Below are positions 32,915-50,344 of a stretch of DNA of 64,000 bases, one piece after another (positions within the stretch are counted from its first letter, which is position 1; each line of letters begins with the position of its first letter). The translations under genes were made by a program, and so were the position numbers. The stretch is from Escherichia coli (GTDB lineage Bacteria > Pseudomonadota > Gammaproteobacteria > Enterobacterales > Enterobacteriaceae): the NCBI RefSeq assembly GCF_003018255.1, contig NZ_CP027440.1. One strand, 5' to 3'. The notes beneath the pieces were generated by a model. That model searched no databases. It saw only the letters and a list, made by a program, of their open reading frames with translations, and had not been told where the DNA came from.

Positions 32915-34231
32915 ATGGCTGATTACCAGGGTAAAAATGTCGTCATTATCGGCCTGGGCCTCACCGGGCTTTCTTGCGTGGACTTTTTCCTCGCTCGCGG
33001 TGTGACGCCGCGCGTTATGGATACGCGTATGACACCGCCTGGCCTGGATAAATTACCCGAAGCTGTAGAACGCCACACTGGCGGTCTGAATGATGAATGG
33101 CTGATGGCGGCCGATCTGATTGTCGCCAGTCCCGGTATTGCACTGGCGCATCCATCCTTAAGCGCTGCCGCTGATGCCGGAATCGAAATCGTTGGCGATA
33201 TCGAGCTGTTCTGTCGTGAAGCACAAGCACCGATTGTGGCGGTCACCGGTTCTAACGGCAAAAGCACGGTCACCACGCTAGTGGGTGAAATGGCGAAAGC
33301 GGCGGGGGTTAACGTTGGTGTGGGTGGCAATATTGGCCTGCCTGCGTTGATGCTGCTGGATGATGAGTGCGAACTGTACGTGCTGGAGCTGTCGAGCTTC
33401 CAGCTTGAAACCACCTCCAGTTTACAGGCGGTAGCAGCGACCATTCTGAACGTGACTGAAGATCATATGGATCGCTATCCGTTTGGTTTACAACAGTATC
33501 GTGCAGCAAAACTGCGCATTTACGAAAACGCAAAAATTTGCGTGGTTAATGCTGATGATGCCTTAACAATGCCGATTCGCGGTGCGGATGAACGCTGCGT
33601 CAGCTTTGGCGTCAACATGGGCGACTATCACCTGAATCATCAGCAGGGTGAAACCTGGCTGCGGGTGAAAGGCGAGAAAGTGCTGAACGTGAAAGAAATG
33701 AAACTTTCCGGGCAGCATAACTACACCAATGCGCTGGCGGCGCTGGCGCTGGCAGATGCCGCAGGGTTACCGCGTGCCAGCAGCCTGAAAGCGTTAACCA
33801 CATTCACTGGTCTGCCGCATCGCTTTGAAGTTGTGCTGGAGCATAACGGTGTGCGCTGGGTTAACGATTCAAAAGCGACCAACGTCGGCAGTACGGAAGC
33901 GGCGCTGAATGGCCTGCATGTAGACGGCACGCTGCATTTGTTGCTGGGTGGCGATGGTAAATCGGCGGACTTTAGCCCACTGGCGCGTTACCTGAATGGC
34001 GATAATGTACGTCTGTATTGTTTCGGTCGGGACGGCGCGCAGCTGGCGGCGCTACGCCCGGAAGTGGCAGAACAAACCGAAACCATGGAACAGGCGATGC
34101 GCTTGCTGGCTCCGCGTGTTCAGCCGGGCGATATGGTTCTGCTCTCCCCGGCCTGTGCCAGCCTTGATCAATTCAAGAACTTTGAACAACGAGGCAATGA
34201 GTTTGCCCGTCTGGCGAAGGAGTTAGGTTGA
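32915..34231 (+). CDS. murD: UDP-MurNAc-L-Ala:D-Glu ligase
   Basis: 438-aa ORF with GSNGKST motif. Confidence 0.96.
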   Translation: MADYQGKNVVIIGLGLTGLSCVDFFLARGVTPRVMDTRMTPPGLDKLPEAVERHTGGLNDEWLMAADLIVASPGIALAHPSLSAAADAGIEIVGDIELFCREAQAPIVAVTGSNGKSTVTTLVGEMAKAAGVNVGVGGNIGLPALMLLDDECELYVLELSSFQLETTSSLQAVAATILNVTEDHMDRYPFGLQQYRAAKLRIYENAKICVVNADDALTMPIRGADERCVSFGVNMGDYHLNHQQGETWLRVKGEKVLNVKEMKLSGQHNYTNALAALALADAAGLPRASSLKALTTFTGLPHRFEVVLEHNGVRWVNDSKATNVGSTEAALNGLHVDGTLHLLLGGDGKSADFSPLARYLNGDNVRLYCFGRDGAQLAALRPEVAEQTETMEQAMRLLAPRVQPGDMVLLSPACASLDQFKNFEQRGNEFARLAKELG

Positions 34232-35475
34232 TGCGTTTATCTCTCCCTCGCCTGAAAATGCTGCGCCTGCCAGGATTCAGTATTCTGGTCTGGATCTCCA
34301 CGGCGCTAAAGGGCTGGGTGATGGGCTCGCGGGAAAAAGATACCGACAGCCTGATCATGTACGATCGCACCTTACTGTGGCTGACCTTCGGCCTCGCGGC
34401 GATTGGCTTTATCATGGTGACCTCGGCGTCAATGCCCATAGGGCAACGCTTAACCAACGATCCGTTCTTCTTCGCGAAGCGTGATGGCGTCTATCTGATC
34501 CTGGCATTCATTCTGGCGATCATTACGCTGCGTCTGCCGATGGAGTTCTGGCAACGCTACAGTGCCACGATGCTGCTCGGATCTATCATCCTGCTGATGA
34601 TCGTTCTGGTAGTGGGTAGCTCGGTTAAAGGGGCATCGCGTTGGATCGATCTCGGTTTGCTGCGTATCCAGCCTGCGGAGCTGACAAAACTGTCGCTGTT
34701 TTGCTATATCGCCAACTATCTGGTGCGTAAAGGCGACGAAGTACGTAATAACCTGCGCGGCTTCCTGAAACCGATGGGCGTAATTCTGGTGTTGGCAGTG
34801 TTACTGCTGGCACAGCCAGACCTTGGTACGGTGGTGGTGTTGTTTGTGACTACGCTGGCGATGTTGTTCCTGGCGGGAGCGAAATTGTGGCAGTTCATTG
34901 CCATTATCGGTATGGGCATTTCAGCGGTTGTGTTGCTGATCCTCGCCGAACCGTACCGTATCCGCCGTGTTACCGCATTCTGGAATCCGTGGGAAGATCC
35001 CTTTGGCAGCGGCTATCAGTTAACGCAATCGTTGATGGCGTTTGGTCGCGGTGAACTGTGGGGACAAGGTTTAGGTAACTCGGTACAAAAACTGGAGTAT
35101 CTGCCGGAAGCGCACACTGACTTTATTTTCGCCATTATCGGCGAAGAACTGGGGTATGTCGGTGTGGTGCTGGCACTTTTAATGGTATTCTTCGTCGCTT
35201 TTCGCGCGATGTCGATTGGCCGCAAAGCATTAGAAATTGACCACCGTTTTTCCGGTTTTCTCGCCTGTTCTATTGGTATCTGGTTTAGTTTCCAGGCGCT
35301 GGTTAACGTAGGCGCGGCGGCGGGGATGTTACCGACCAAAGGTCTGACATTGCCGCTGATCAGTTACGGTGGTTCGAGCTTACTGATTATGTCGACAGCC
35401 ATCATGATGCTGTTGCGTATTGATTATGAAACGCGTCTGGAGAAAGCGCAGGCGTTTGTACGAGGTTCACGATGA
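34228..35475 (+). CDS. ftsW: Lipid II flippase / peptidoglycan glycosyltransferase FtsW (SEDS)
   Basis: 415-aa membrane [33 protein letters not shown]...; start codon uncertain by one codon. Confidence 0.95.
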   Translation: MMRLSLPRLKMLRLPGFSILVWISTALKGWVMGSREKDTDSLIMYDRTLLWLTFGLAAIGFIMVTSASMPIGQRLTNDPFFFAKRDGVYLILAFILAIITLRLPMEFWQRYSATMLLGSIILLMIVLVVGSSVKGASRWIDLGLLRIQPAELTKLSLFCYIANYLVRKGDEVRNNLRGFLKPMGVILVLAVLLLAQPDLGTVVVLFVTTLAMLFLAGAKLWQFIAIIGMGISAVVLLILAEPYRIRRVTAFWNPWEDPFGSGYQLTQSLMAFGRGELWGQGLGNSVQKLEYLPEAHTDFIFAIIGEELGYVGVVLALLMVFFVAFRAMSIGRKALEIDHRFSGFLACSIGIWFSFQALVNVGAAAGMLPTKGLTLPLISYGGSSLLIMSTAIMMLLRIDYETRLEKAQAFVRGSR

Positions 35476-36539
35476 GTGGTCAAGGGAAGCGATTAATGGT
35501 GATGGCAGGCGGAACCGGTGGACATGTATTCCCGGGACTGGCGGTTGCGCACCATCTAATGGCTCAGGGTTGGCAAGTTCGCTGGCTGGGGACTGCCGAC
35601 CGTATGGAAGCGGACTTAGTGCCAAAACATGGCATCGAAATTGATTTCATTCGTATCTCTGGTCTGCGTGGAAAAGGTATAAAAGCACTGATAGCTGCCC
35701 CGCTGCGTATCTTCAACGCCTGGCGTCAGGCGCGGGCGATTATGAAAGCGTACAAACCTGACGTGGTGCTCGGTATGGGCGGCTACGTATCAGGTCCAGG
35801 TGGTCTGGCCGCGTGGTCGTTAGGTATTCCGGTTGTGCTTCATGAACAAAACGGTATTGCGGGATTAACCAATAAATGGCTGGCGAAGATTGCCACCAAA
35901 GTGATGCAGGCGTTTCCAGGCGCTTTCCCTAATGCGGAAGTGGTGGGTAACCCGGTGCGTACCGATGTGCTGGCGCTGCCGTTGCCGCAGCAACGTTTGG
36001 CTGGACGTGAAGGTCCGGTTCGTGTGTTGGTAGTGGGTGGTTCCCAGGGCGCACGCATTCTTAACCAGACAATGCCGCAGGTTGCTGCGAAACTGGGTGA
36101 TTCAGTCACTATCTGGCATCAGAGCGGTAAAGGTTCGCAACAATCCGTTGAACAGGCGTATGCCGAAGCGGGGCAACCGCAGCATAAAGTGACGGAATTT
36201 ATTGATGATATGGCGGCGGCGTATGCGTGGGCGGATGTCGTCGTTTGCCGCTCCGGTGCGTTAACGGTGAGTGAAATCGCCGCGGCAGGACTACCGGCGT
36301 TGTTTGTGCCGTTTCAACATAAAGACCGCCAGCAATACTGGAATGCGCTACCGCTGGAAAAAGCGGGCGCAGCCAAAATTATCGAGCAGCCACAGCTTAG
36401 CGTGGATGCTGTCGCCAACACCCTGGCCGGGTGGTCGCGAGAAACCTTATTAACCATGGCAGAACGCGCCCGCGCCGCATCCATTCCGGATGCCACCGAG
36501 CGAGTGGCAAATGAAGTGAGCCGGGCTGCCCGGGCGTAA
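35472..36539 (+). CDS. murG: Lipid II synthase (UDP-GlcNAc transferase) MurG
   Basis: 355-aa [33 protein letters not shown]... Confidence 0.96.
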   Translation: MSGQGKRLMVMAGGTGGHVFPGLAVAHHLMAQGWQVRWLGTADRMEADLVPKHGIEIDFIRISGLRGKGIKALIAAPLRIFNAWRQARAIMKAYKPDVVLGMGGYVSGPGGLAAWSLGIPVVLHEQNGIAGLTNKWLAKIATKVMQAFPGAFPNAEVVGNPVRTDVLALPLPQQRLAGREGPVRVLVVGGSQGARILNQTMPQVAAKLGDSVTIWHQSGKGSQQSVEQAYAEAGQPQHKVTEFIDDMAAAYAWADVVVCRSGALTVSEIAAAGLPALFVPFQHKDRQQYWNALPLEKAGAAKIIEQPQLSVDAVANTLAGWSRETLLTMAERARAASIPDATERVANEVSRAARA

Positions 36540-36592
36540 TTGTAGCGATGCCTTTTGCATCGTATGAATTTAAGAAGTTAATGGCGTAAAGA

Positions 36593-38981
<2,389 letters not shown>

Positions 38982-38982
38982 T

Positions 38983-39813
38983 ATGTCGCAGGCTGCTCTG
39001 AACACGCGAAACAGCGAAGAAGAGGTTTCTTCTCGCCGCAATAATGGAACGCGTCTGGCGGGGATCCTTTTCCTGCTGACCGTTTTAACGACAGTGTTGG
39101 TGAGCGGCTGGGTCGTGTTGGGCTGGATGGAAGATGCGCAACGCCTGCCGCTCTCAAAGCTGGTGTTGACCGGTGAACGCCATTACACGCGTAATGACGA
39201 TATCCGGCAGTCGATCCTGGCATTGGGTGAGCCAGGTACCTTTATGACCCAGGATGTCAACATCATCCAGACGCAAATAGAACAACGCCTGCCGTGGATT
39301 AAGCAGGTGAGCGTCAGAAAGCAGTGGCCTGATGAATTGAAGATTCATCTGGTTGAATATGTGCCGATTGCGCGGTGGAATGATCAACATATGGTAGACG
39401 CGGAAGGAAACACTTTCAGCGTGCCGCCAGATCGCACCAGCAAGCAGGTGCTTCCAATGCTGTATGGCCCGGAAGGCAGCGCCAATGAAGTGTTGCAGGG
39501 CTATCGCGAAATGGGGCAGATGCTGGCAAAGGACAGATTTACTCTGAAGGAAGCGGCGATGACCGCGCGGCGTTCCTGGCAGTTGACGCTGAATAACGAT
39601 ATTAAGCTCAATCTTGGCCGGGGCGATACGATGAAACGTTTGGCTCGCTTTGTAGAACTTTATCCGGTTTTACAGCAGCAGGCGCAAACCGATGGCAAAC
39701 GGATTAGCTACGTTGATTTGCGTTATGACTCTGGAGCGGCAGTAGGCTGGGCGCCCTTGCCGCCAGAGGAATCTACTCAGCAACAAAATCAGGCACAGGC
39801 AGAACAACAATGA
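38983..39813 (+). CDS. ftsQ: Cell division protein FtsQ
   Basis: 276-aa ORF with an N-terminal transmembrane segment; between ddlB and ftsA. Confidence 0.95.
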   Translation: MSQAALNTRNSEEEVSSRRNNGTRLAGILFLLTVLTTVLVSGWVVLGWMEDAQRLPLSKLVLTGERHYTRNDDIRQSILALGEPGTFMTQDVNIIQTQIEQRLPWIKQVSVRKQWPDELKIHLVEYVPIARWNDQHMVDAEGNTFSVPPDRTSKQVLPMLYGPEGSANEVLQGYREMGQMLAKDRFTLKEAAMTARRSWQLTLNNDIKLNLGRGDTMKRLARFVELYPVLQQQAQTDGKRISYVDLRYDSGAAVGWAPLPPEESTQQQNQAQAEQQ

Positions 39814-41072
39814 TTAAGGCGACGGACAGAAAACTGGTAGTAGGACTGGAGATTGGTACCGCGAAGGTTGCCGCTTTAGTAGGGGAAGTTCTGCCCGACG
39901 GTATGGTCAATATCATTGGCGTGGGCAGCTGCCCGTCGCGTGGTATGGATAAAGGCGGGGTGAACGACCTCGAATCCGTGGTCAAGTGCGTACAGCGCGC
40001 CATTGACCAGGCAGAATTGATGGCAGATTGTCAGATCTCTTCGGTATATCTGGCGCTTTCTGGTAAGCACATCAGCTGCCAGAATGAAATTGGTATGGTG
40101 CCTATTTCTGAAGAAGAAGTGACGCAAGAAGATGTGGAAAACGTTGTCCATACCGCGAAATCGGTGCGTGTGCGCGATGAACACCGTGTGCTGCATGTGA
40201 TCCCGCAAGAGTATGCGATTGACTATCAGGAAGGGATCAAGAATCCGGTAGGACTTTCGGGCGTGCGGATGCAGGCAAAAGTGCACCTGATCACATGTCA
40301 CAACGATATGGCGAAAAACATCGTCAAAGCGGTTGAACGTTGTGGGCTGAAAGTTGACCAACTGATATTTGCCGGACTGGCATCAAGTTATTCGGTATTG
40401 ACGGAAGATGAACGTGAACTGGGTGTCTGCGTCGTCGATATCGGTGGTGGTACAATGGATATCGCCGTTTATACCGGTGGGGCATTGCGCCACACTAAGG
40501 TAATTCCTTATGCTGGCAATGTCGTGACCAGTGATATCGCTTACGCCTTTGGCACGCCGCCAAGCGACGCCGAAGCGATTAAAGTTCGCCACGGTTGTGC
40601 GCTGGGTTCCATCGTTGGAAAAGATGAGAGCGTGGAAGTGCCGAGCGTAGGCGGTCGTCCGCCGCGGAGTCTGCAACGTCAGACCCTGGCAGAGGTGATC
40701 GAGCCGCGCTATACCGAGCTGCTCAACCTGGTCAACGAAGAGATATTGCAGTTGCAGGAAAAGCTTCGCCAACAAGGGGTTAAACATCACCTGGCGGCAG
40801 GCATTGTATTAACCGGTGGCGCAGCGCAGATTGAAGGTCTTGCAGCCTGTGCTCAGCGCGTGTTTCATACGCAGGTGCGTATCGGCGCGCCGCTGAACAT
40901 TACCGGTTTAACGGATTATGCTCAGGAGCCGTATTATTCGACGGCGGTGGGATTGCTTCATTACGGGAAAGAGTCACATCTTAACGGTGAAGCTGAAGTA
41001 GAAAAACGTGTTACAGCATCAGTTGGCTCGTGGATCAAGCGACTCAATAGTTGGCTGCGAAAAGAGTTTTAA
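39810..41072 (+). CDS. ftsA: Cell division protein FtsA (actin-like ATPase)
   Basis: 420-aa [30 protein letters not shown]... Confidence 0.96.
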   Translation: MIKATDRKLVVGLEIGTAKVAALVGEVLPDGMVNIIGVGSCPSRGMDKGGVNDLESVVKCVQRAIDQAELMADCQISSVYLALSGKHISCQNEIGMVPISEEEVTQEDVENVVHTAKSVRVRDEHRVLHVIPQEYAIDYQEGIKNPVGLSGVRMQAKVHLITCHNDMAKNIVKAVERCGLKVDQLIFAGLASSYSVLTEDERELGVCVVDIGGGTMDIAVYTGGALRHTKVIPYAGNVVTSDIAYAFGTPPSDAEAIKVRHGCALGSIVGKDESVEVPSVGGRPPRSLQRQTLAEVIEPRYTELLNLVNEEILQLQEKLRQQGVKHHLAAGIVLTGGAAQIEGLAACAQRVFHTQVRIGAPLNITGLTDYAQEPYYSTAVGLLHYGKESHLNGEAEVEKRVTASVGSWIKRLNSWLRKEF

Positions 41073-41132
41073 TTTTTATGAGGCCGACAATGATTACGGT
41101 CTCAGGCGACAGGCACAAATCGGAGAGAAACT

Positions 41133-42284
41133 ATGTTTGAACCAATGGAACTTACCAATGACGCGGTGATTAAAGTCATCGGCGTCGGCGGCGGCGGCGG
41201 TAATGCTGTTGAACACATGGTGCGCGAGCGCATTGAAGGTGTTGAATTCTTCGCGGTAAATACCGATGCACAAGCGCTGCGTAAAACAGCGGTTGGACAG
41301 ACGATTCAAATCGGTAGCGGTATCACCAAAGGACTGGGAGCTGGCGCTAATCCAGAAGTTGGCCGCAATGCGGCTGATGAGGATCGCGATGCACTGCGTG
41401 CGGCGCTGGAAGGTGCAGACATGGTCTTTATTGCTGCGGGTATGGGTGGTGGTACCGGTACAGGCGCAGCTCCAGTCGTCGCTGAAGTGGCAAAAGATTT
41501 GGGTATCCTGACCGTTGCTGTCGTCACTAAGCCCTTCAACTTTGAAGGCAAGAAGCGTATGGCATTCGCGGAGCAGGGGATCACTGAACTGTCCAAGCAT
41601 GTGGACTCTCTGATCACTATCCCGAACGACAAACTGCTGAAAGTTCTGGGCCGCGGTATCTCCCTGCTGGATGCGTTTGGCGCAGCGAACGACGTACTCA
41701 AAGGCGCTGTGCAAGGTATCGCCGAACTGATTACTCGTCCGGGTTTGATGAACGTGGACTTTGCAGACGTACGCACCGTAATGTCTGAAATGGGCTACGC
41801 AATGATGGGTTCTGGTGTGGCGAGCGGTGAAGATCGTGCGGAAGAAGCTGCTGAAATGGCTATCTCTTCTCCGCTGCTGGAAGATATCGACCTGTCTGGC
41901 GCACGCGGCGTACTGGTAAACATCACAGCGGGCTTCGACCTGCGTCTGGATGAGTTCGAAACGGTAGGTAACACCATCCGTGCATTTGCTTCCGACAACG
42001 CGACTGTGGTTATCGGTACTTCTCTTGACCCGGATATGAATGACGAGCTGCGCGTAACTGTTGTTGCGACAGGTATCGGCATGGACAAACGTCCTGAAAT
42101 CACTCTGGTGACCAATAAGCAGGTTCAGCAGCCAGTGATGGATCGCTACCAGCAGCACGGGATGGCTCCGCTGACCCAGGAGCAGAAGCCGGTTGCTAAA
42201 GTCGTGAATGACAATGCGCCGCAAACTGCGAAAGAGCCGGATTATCTGGATATCCCAGCATTCCTGCGTAAGCAAGCTGATTAA
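41133..42284 (+). CDS. ftsZ: Cell division GTPase FtsZ
   Basis: 383-aa ORF with tubulin signature GGGTGTG and C-terminal [14 protein letters not shown]. Confidence 0.97.
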
Positions 42285-42363
42285 GAATTGACTGGAATTT
42301 GGGTTTCGAGGCTCTTTGTGCTAAACTGGCCCGCCGAATGTATAGTACACTTCGGTTGGATAG

Positions 42364-43302
<939 letters not shown>

Positions 43303-43364
43303 CGACATTTATACTGTCGTATAAAATTCGACTGGCAAATCTGGCACTCTCTCCGGCCAGGTGA

Positions 43365-44045
<681 letters not shown>

Positions 44046-44106
44046 CAACAATAAACCGTTACTTCATTTTATTAACTCCGCAACGCGGGGCGTTTGAGAT
44101 TTTATT

Positions 44107-46812
44107 ATGCTAATCAAATTATTAACTAAAGTTTTCGGTAGTCGTAACGATCGCACCCTGCGCCGGATGCGCAAAGTGGTCAACATCATCAATGCCATGG
44201 AACCGGAGATGGAAAAACTCTCCGACGAAGAACTGAAAGGGAAAACCGCAGAGTTTCGTGCACGTCTGGAAAAAGGCGAAGTGCTGGAAAATCTGATCCC
44301 GGAAGCTTTCGCCGTGGTGCGTGAGGCAAGTAAGCGCGTCTTTGGTATGCGTCACTTCGACGTTCAGTTACTCGGCGGTATGGTTCTTAACGAACGCTGC
44401 ATCGCCGAAATGCGTACCGGTGAAGGTAAAACCCTGACCGCAACGCTGCCTGCTTACCTGAACGCACTAACCGGTAAAGGCGTGCACGTAGTTACCGTCA
44501 ACGACTACCTGGCGCAACGTGACGCCGAAAACAACCGTCCGCTGTTTGAATTTCTTGGCCTGACAGTTGGTATCAACCTGCCGGGCATGCCAGCACCGGC
44601 AAAGCGTGAAGCTTACGCAGCTGACATTACTTACGGTACGAACAACGAATACGGCTTTGACTACCTGCGCGACAACATGGCGTTCAGTCCTGAAGAACGT
44701 GTACAGCGTAAACTGCACTATGCGCTGGTGGACGAAGTGGACTCCATCCTGATCGATGAAGCGCGTACACCGCTGATCATTTCCGGCCCGGCAGAAGACA
44801 GCTCGGAAATGTATAAACGCGTGAATAAAATTATTCCACACCTGATCCGTCAGGAAAAAGAAGACTCCGAAACCTTCCAGGGCGAAGGCCACTTCTCGGT
44901 GGATGAAAAATCTCGCCAGGTGAACCTGACCGAACGTGGTCTGGTTCTGATTGAAGAACTGCTGGTTAAAGAAGGCATCATGGATGAAGGTGAGTCTCTG
45001 TACTCTCCGGCCAACATCATGCTGATGCACCACGTAACGGCGGCGCTGCGCGCTCATGCGCTGTTTACCCGCGACGTCGACTACATCGTTAAAGATGGTG
45101 AAGTTATCATCGTTGACGAACACACCGGTCGTACCATGCAGGGCCGTCGCTGGTCCGATGGTCTGCACCAGGCTGTGGAAGCGAAAGAAGGTGTGCAGAT
45201 CCAGAACGAAAACCAAACGCTGGCTTCGATCACCTTCCAGAACTACTTCCGTCTGTATGAAAAACTGGCGGGGATGACTGGTACTGCTGATACCGAAGCT
45301 TTCGAATTCAGCTCCATCTATAAGCTGGATACTGTCGTTGTTCCGACCAACCGTCCAATGATTCGTAAAGATCTGCCGGACCTGGTCTACATGACTGAAG
45401 CGGAAAAAATTCAGGCGATCATTGAAGATATCAAAGAACGCACTGCGAAAGGCCAGCCGGTGCTGGTGGGTACAATCTCCATCGAAAAATCGGAGCTGGT
45501 GTCAAATGAACTGACCAAAGCCGGTATTAAGCACAACGTCCTGAACGCCAAATTCCATGCCAACGAAGCGGCGATTGTTGCTCAGGCAGGTTACCCGGCT
45601 GCGGTGACTATCGCGACCAACATGGCGGGTCGTGGTACCGATATTGTGCTCGGTGGTAGCTGGCAGGCAGAAGTTGCCGCGCTGGAAAATCCGACTGCAG
45701 AGCAAATTGAAAAAATTAAAGCCGACTGGCAGGTACGTCACGATGCGGTACTGGCAGCAGGTGGCCTGCATATCATCGGTACTGAACGTCACGAATCCCG
45801 TCGTATCGATAACCAGCTGCGCGGTCGTTCTGGTCGTCAGGGGGATGCTGGTTCTTCCCGTTTCTACCTGTCGATGGAAGATGCGCTGATGCGTATTTTT
45901 GCTTCCGACCGAGTATCCGGCATGATGCGTAAACTGGGTATGAAGCCAGGCGAAGCCATTGAGCACCCGTGGGTGACCAAAGCGATTGCCAACGCCCAGC
46001 GTAAAGTTGAAAGCCGTAACTTCGACATTCGTAAGCAACTGCTGGAATATGATGACGTGGCTAACGATCAGCGTCGCGCCATTTACTCCCAGCGTAACGA
46101 ACTGCTGGATGTCAGCGATGTGAGCGAAACCATCAACAGCATTCGTGAAGATGTGTTCAAAGCGACCATTGATGCCTACATTCCGCCACAGTCGCTGGAA
46201 GAAATGTGGGATATTCCGGGGCTGCAGGAACGTCTGAAGAACGATTTCGACCTCGATTTGCCAATTGCCGAGTGGCTGGATAAAGAACCAGAACTGCATG
46301 AAGAGACGCTGCGTGAGCGCATTCTGGCGCAGTCCATCGAAGTGTATCAGCGTAAAGAAGAAGTGGTTGGTGCTGAGATGATGCGTCACTTCGAGAAAGG
46401 CGTCATGCTGCAAACGCTTGACTCTCTGTGGAAAGAGCACCTGGCTGCGATGGACTATCTGCGTCAGGGTATCCACCTGCGTGGCTATGCACAGAAAGAT
46501 CCGAAGCAGGAATACAAACGTGAATCGTTCTCCATGTTTGCAGCGATGCTGGAGTCGTTAAAATATGAAGTTATCAGCACGCTGAGCAAAGTTCAGGTAC
46601 GTATGCCTGAAGAGGTTGAGGAGCTGGAACAACAGCGTCGTATGGAAGCCGAGCGTTTAGCGCAAATGCAGCAGCTTAGCCATCAGGATGACGACTCTGC
46701 TGCCGCAGCTGCACTGGCGGCGCAAACCGGTGAACGCAAAGTAGGACGTAACGATCCTTGCCCGTGTGGTTCTGGTAAAAAATATAAGCAGTGCCATGGC
46801 CGCCTGCAATAA
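44107..46812 (+). CDS. secA: Preprotein translocase ATPase SecA
   Basis: 901-aa [32 protein letters not shown]... with C-terminal zinc-binding [14 protein letters not shown]. Confidence 0.97.
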   Translation: MLIKLLTKVFGSRNDRTLRRMRKVVNIINAMEPEMEKLSDEELKGKTAEFRARLEKGEVLENLIPEAFAVVREASKRVFGMRHFDVQLLGGMVLNERCIAEMRTGEGKTLTATLPAYLNALTGKGVHVVTVNDYLAQRDAENNRPLFEFLGLTVGINLPGMPAPAKREAYAADITYGTNNEYGFDYLRDNMAFSPEERVQRKLHYALVDEVDSILIDEARTPLIISGPAEDSSEMYKRVNKIIPHLIRQEKEDSETFQGEGHFSVDEKSRQVNLTERGLVLIEELLVKEGIMDEGESLYSPANIMLMHHVTAALRAHALFTRDVDYIVKDGEVIIVDEHTGRTMQGRRWSDGLHQAVEAKEGVQIQNENQTLASITFQNYFRLYEKLAGMTGTADTEAFEFSSIYKLDTVVVPTNRPMIRKDLPDLVYMTEAEKIQAIIEDIKERTAKGQPVLVGTISIEKSELVSNELTKAGIKHNVLNAKFHANEAAIVAQAGYPAAVTIATNMAGRGTDIVLGGSWQAEVAALENPTAEQIEKIKADWQVRHDAVLAAGGLHIIGTERHESRRIDNQLRGRSGRQGDAGSSRFYLSMEDALMRIFASDRVSGMMRKLGMKPGEAIEHPWVTKAIANAQRKVESRNFDIRKQLLEYDDVANDQRRAIYSQRNELLDVSDVSETINSIREDVFKATIDAYIPPQSLEEMWDIPGLQERLKNDFDLDLPIAEWLDKEPELHEETLRERILAQSIEVYQRKEEVVGAEMMRHFEKGVMLQTLDSLWKEHLAAMDYLRQGIHLRGYAQKDPKQEYKRESFSMFAAMLESLKYEVISTLSKVQVRMPEEVEELEQQRRMEAERLAQMQQLSHQDDDSAAAAALAAQTGERKVGRNDPCPCGSGKKYKQCHGRLQ

Positions 46813-46871
46813 AAGCTAACAGTTGAAGTAAAAGGCGCAGGATTCTGCGCCTTTTTTATAGGTTTAAGACA

Positions 46872-47270
46872 ATGAAAAAGCTGCAAATTGCGGTAGGTAT
46901 TATTCGCAACGAGAACAATGAAATCTTTATAACCCGTCGCGCAGCAGATGCGCACATGGCGAATAAACTGGAGTTTCCCGGCGGTAAAATTGAAATGGGT
47001 GAAACGCCGGAACAGGCGGTGGTGCGTGAACTTCAGGAAGAAGTCGGGATTACCCCACAACATCTTTCGCTATTTGAAATACTGGAATATGAATTCCCGG
47101 ACAGGCATATAACACTGTGGTTCTGGCTGGTCGAAAGCTGGGAAGGGGAGCCGTGGGGTAAAGAAGGGCAACCCGGTGAGTGGATGTCGCTGGTCGGTCT
47201 GAATGCCGATGATTTTCCGCCAGCCAATGAACCGGTACTTGCGAAGCTTAAGCGTGTGTATGTCGGATAG
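46872..47270 (+). CDS. mutT: 8-oxo-dGTP diphosphatase (Nudix)
   Basis: 132-aa ORF with Nudix box GGKIEMGETPEQAVVRELQEEVGI. Confidence 0.94.
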   Translation: MKKLQIAVGIIRNENNEIFITRRAADAHMANKLEFPGGKIEMGETPEQAVVRELQEEVGITPQHLSLFEILEYEFPDRHITLWFWLVESWEGEPWGKEGQPGEWMSLVGLNADDFPPANEPVLAKLKRVYVG

Positions 47271-47274
47271 GCGT

Positions 47275-47462
47275 TTATGCCGCATCCAACATTTGCACAA
47301 GATGCCCGATGCGACGCTGGCGCGTCTTATCAGTATCTACAATTTTAACATGTTGATATGTAAGGTCTTGTAGGTCGGATAAGGCGTTCCCGCCGCATCC
47401 GACATTTGCACACGATGCCTGATGCGACGCTGCCCGCGTCTTATCAGGCCAGCGTCGCATCA
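47275..47462. repeat. REP/BIME palindromic element cluster
   Basis: Several gccgcatccgaca.../...cgcgtcttatcaggcc REP-like units between mutT and yacG. Confidence 0.8.
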
Positions 47463-47471
47463 GATAAAATG

Positions 47472-47669
47472 TCACTGCTTTGGCTCTTCGCTCCAGTCAT
47501 CGCTTTCGGAAAGATCGCCACTGCTGGGGATTCGTTTTTCTTCAGCAGCCCATTCTCCGAGGTCGATCAGCTGACAACGTTTGGAGCAAAATGGCCGAAA
47601 CGGGCTGATTTCACCCCACACCACCGTTTTCCCGCAGGTTGGGCAATTCACCGTAATAGTTTCTGACAT
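47472..47669 (-). CDS. yacG: DNA gyrase inhibitor YacG (zinc ribbon)
   Basis: 65-aa [41 protein letters not shown]... Confidence 0.93.
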
Positions 47670-47678
47670 TTTTACTCC

Positions 47679-48422
47679 TTAGCAACAGGCCAGTTCGAAA
47701 TCCAGACGTTCCGGTACCTGTCCGTTTTCACTGTCCAGCGGCATAAAACGAATGGCAAAACGGCTCTTATGACCGGAAATTTGCGGATAAAGCTGTGAAT
47801 CGAGTGACAGATTCAGGCGCAGCAAGTCGGCATCGCCACCGTTATCCTGATAAAAACCATTCAGGCTGGTTTGTTTACGGAAGGGGGCCGACTGGCGAAT
47901 TAAATCCAGCACCATGGTAAGTGCCTGGGTGAGCGGGTTCAGGCTGGCAATCCAGGTTTCTACCTGGCTGTCGCGCTGCGCCTGGGGTAGATGCAGCCAA
48001 ATGTGCAATGTAGGTAAATCAAAGCTACAACAGCCGCCGGGGATGCTCAGTCGCTGACGCACCAGGGCAATCAAACGATCTTCACGCAGAAATTGCCCGA
48101 TACGGGGCGCGGAAATTAATACGCTCCCCGCCGCTTTTAACTGCTGAATTAATGCTTCAATACGGCTCTGGTCCACGCCAGGCACGCCAATCCAGGTCTG
48201 GAGTTTACGTTGCTGCCGGTCAAGTTCTTTCAACAACTCAGTGCGGACTTCGCCGCGCTCGAAAACATCCAGCAATTCACTGACATTGCGGAAGAAATGC
48301 AGAGCGCCAGCGTAGTCAACGACGGGCAAATTTACGGTGAGTTGTTGAATTAAAAACTCAATGCGCAGCCATGTACGCATTTTTTCATTTAGTGGATGTT
48401 CAAAAAGGACCTGGGTCTGCAT
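47679..48422 (-). CDS. zapD: Cell division factor ZapD (YacF)
   Basis: 247-aa [31 protein letters not shown]... Confidence 0.93.
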   Translation of the reverse strand: MQTQVLFEHPLNEKMRTWLRIEFLIQQLTVNLPVVDYAGALHFFRNVSELLDVFERGEVRTELLKELDRQQRKLQTWIGVPGVDQSRIEALIQQLKAAGSVLISAPRIGQFLREDRLIALVRQRLSIPGGCCSFDLPTLHIWLHLPQAQRDSQVETWIASLNPLTQALTMVLDLIRQSAPFRKQTSLNGFYQDNGGDADLLRLNLSLDSQLYPQISGHKSRFAIRFMPLDSENGQVPERLDFELACC

Positions 48423-49042
48423 TACGGTTTTTCCTGTGAGACAAACTGCGACGCAAGCTGCAAATAGTGTGCGTGCAGGCGGGCAACATCCGATGCGATA
48501 GCATCCGGTGCGCCGTTATTATCAATGACGTCATCTGCCACGGCAAGGCGGGCTTCGCGCGTTGCCTGAGCAGCAAGAATTTGTTCAACATGCTCGCGAG
48601 TGACATCATCGCGCTGCATGGTGCGTTTAAGTTGCGTTTCTGGGCTGACATCCACCACCAGCACTCGATTCGCTTTTTTATACAATGAGTTTTCTACCAG
48701 CAATGGCACAACCCAAAGTACATAGGGGGAAGATGCTTGCTGGATCTGGTGTTGCGTCTCTTGCTGAATCAGCGGATGCAGCAGGGCGTTAAGCCAGTTT
48801 TTCTCTTCCGGGTTGGCGAAAATCCGCTCGCGCAAGGCCCGGCGCTGCAATGTTCCATCAGCAGCAATCATGTTAGCGCCAAAGTGATCAGCAATGGCAT
48901 GTAGCGCAGGTGCACCTGGTTCAACCACCTGACGCGCAATAATATCGGCATCAATGACGTTAATTCCGAGATCAGCAAACGCATTGGCAACGGTACTCTT
49001 GCCACTGCCAATGCCTCCCGTTAAGGCAACTATATACCTCAT
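48422..49042 (-). CDS. coaE: Dephospho-CoA kinase
   Basis: 206-aa [25 protein letters not shown]... with P-loop. Confidence 0.95.
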   Translation of the reverse strand: MRYIVALTGGIGSGKSTVANAFADLGINVIDADIIARQVVEPGAPALHAIADHFGANMIAADGTLQRRALRERIFANPEEKNWLNALLHPLIQQETQHQIQQASSPYVLWVVPLLVENSLYKKANRVLVVDVSPETQLKRTMQRDDVTREHVEQILAAQATREARLAVADDVIDNNGAPDAIASDVARLHAHYLQLASQFVSQEKP

Positions 49043-49266
49043 AATTTATATTCCCGGGAATTCATCATGATTATCAAAACGTTAAAAATGAGCGCACGAA
49101 AGCGAAATTGATGAAACGTTCGCTCACTATTTACCAGGTAAATTTATGGGATTGTAGCGTAAAAAAAGACAATTTCGCAGTCTTGCGCCGCATTGATTAG
49201 TGCGTATGATAGCGTCACTGGAGTTGCGCTCTTACCCTTATAGCCATTAACCCCAGGAATCCGCAC

Positions 49267-50310
49267 ATGCGTATTGAAGAAGATCTGAAGTTAGGTTTTA
49301 AAGACGTTCTCATCCGCCCTAAACGCTCCACTCTTAAAAGCCGTTCCGATGTTGAACTGGAACGTCAATTCACCTTTAAACATTCAGGTCAGAGCTGGTC
49401 CGGCGTGCCGATTATTGCCGCAAATATGGACACCGTAGGCACATTTTCTATGGCCTCTGCGCTGGCTTCTTTTGATATTCTGACTGCTGTGCATAAACAC
49501 TATTCTGTCGAAGAGTGGCAAGCGTTTATCAACAATTCTTCCGCTGATGTGCTGAAACATGTGATGGTTTCTACCGGTACGTCTGATGCGGATTTCGAAA
49601 AAACTAAACAGATTCTCGACCTGAACCCGGCATTAAACTTCGTTTGTATTGACGTGGCGAATGGTTATTCTGAACACTTCGTGCAGTTCGTTGCGAAAGC
49701 GCGTGAAGCGTGGCCGACCAAAACCATTTGTGCTGGCAACGTAGTGACTGGTGAAATGTGTGAGGAGCTTATCCTCTCCGGTGCTGATATCGTTAAAGTT
49801 GGCATTGGCCCAGGTTCTGTTTGTACAACTCGCGTCAAAACAGGCGTCGGTTATCCGCAACTTTCTGCGGTGATCGAATGTGCCGATGCTGCGCATGGTC
49901 TGGGCGGAATGATCGTCAGCGACGGTGGCTGCACCACGCCGGGCGATGTCGCGAAAGCCTTTGGCGGCGGTGCCGATTTCGTCATGCTTGGCGGCATGCT
50001 GGCGGGCCACGAAGAGAGCGGCGGTCGCATCGTTGAGGAGAACGGCGAGAAATTTATGCTGTTCTACGGCATGAGCTCCGAGTCTGCGATGAAACGTCAC
50101 GTTGGCGGCGTTGCGGAATATCGCGCAGCAGAAGGTAAAACCGTTAAGCTGCCGCTGCGAGGCCCGGTTGAAAATACCGCGCGTGATATTTTGGGCGGCC
50201 TGCGTTCAGCTTGTACATACGTTGGGGCTTCACGCCTGAAAGAGCTGACCAAGCGCACTACGTTTATCCGTGTACAGGAACAAGAAAACCGCATCTTCAA
50301 CAATCTGTAA
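49267..50310 (+). CDS. guaC: GMP reductase
   Basis: 347-aa [32 protein letters not shown]...; IMPDH/GMPR family. Confidence 0.96.
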
Positions 50311-50344
50311 TCTCCCAATGCTGGCGTGGAGTAACACGCCAGCG

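Noticed and set aside
41094..42275. 393-aa ORF on the minus strand, antisense to ftsZ
   Set aside because: It overlaps the highly conserved ftsZ reading frame on the opposite strand. Its translation is low-complexity with no recognisable motifs. It is a typical spurious antisense ORF in GC-rich coding DNA.
44467..46476. Long minus-strand ORFs (249 aa and 324 aa) antisense to secA
   Set aside because: They overlap conserved secA codons; phenylalanine/valine-rich translations are typical of antisense frames. Not genes.
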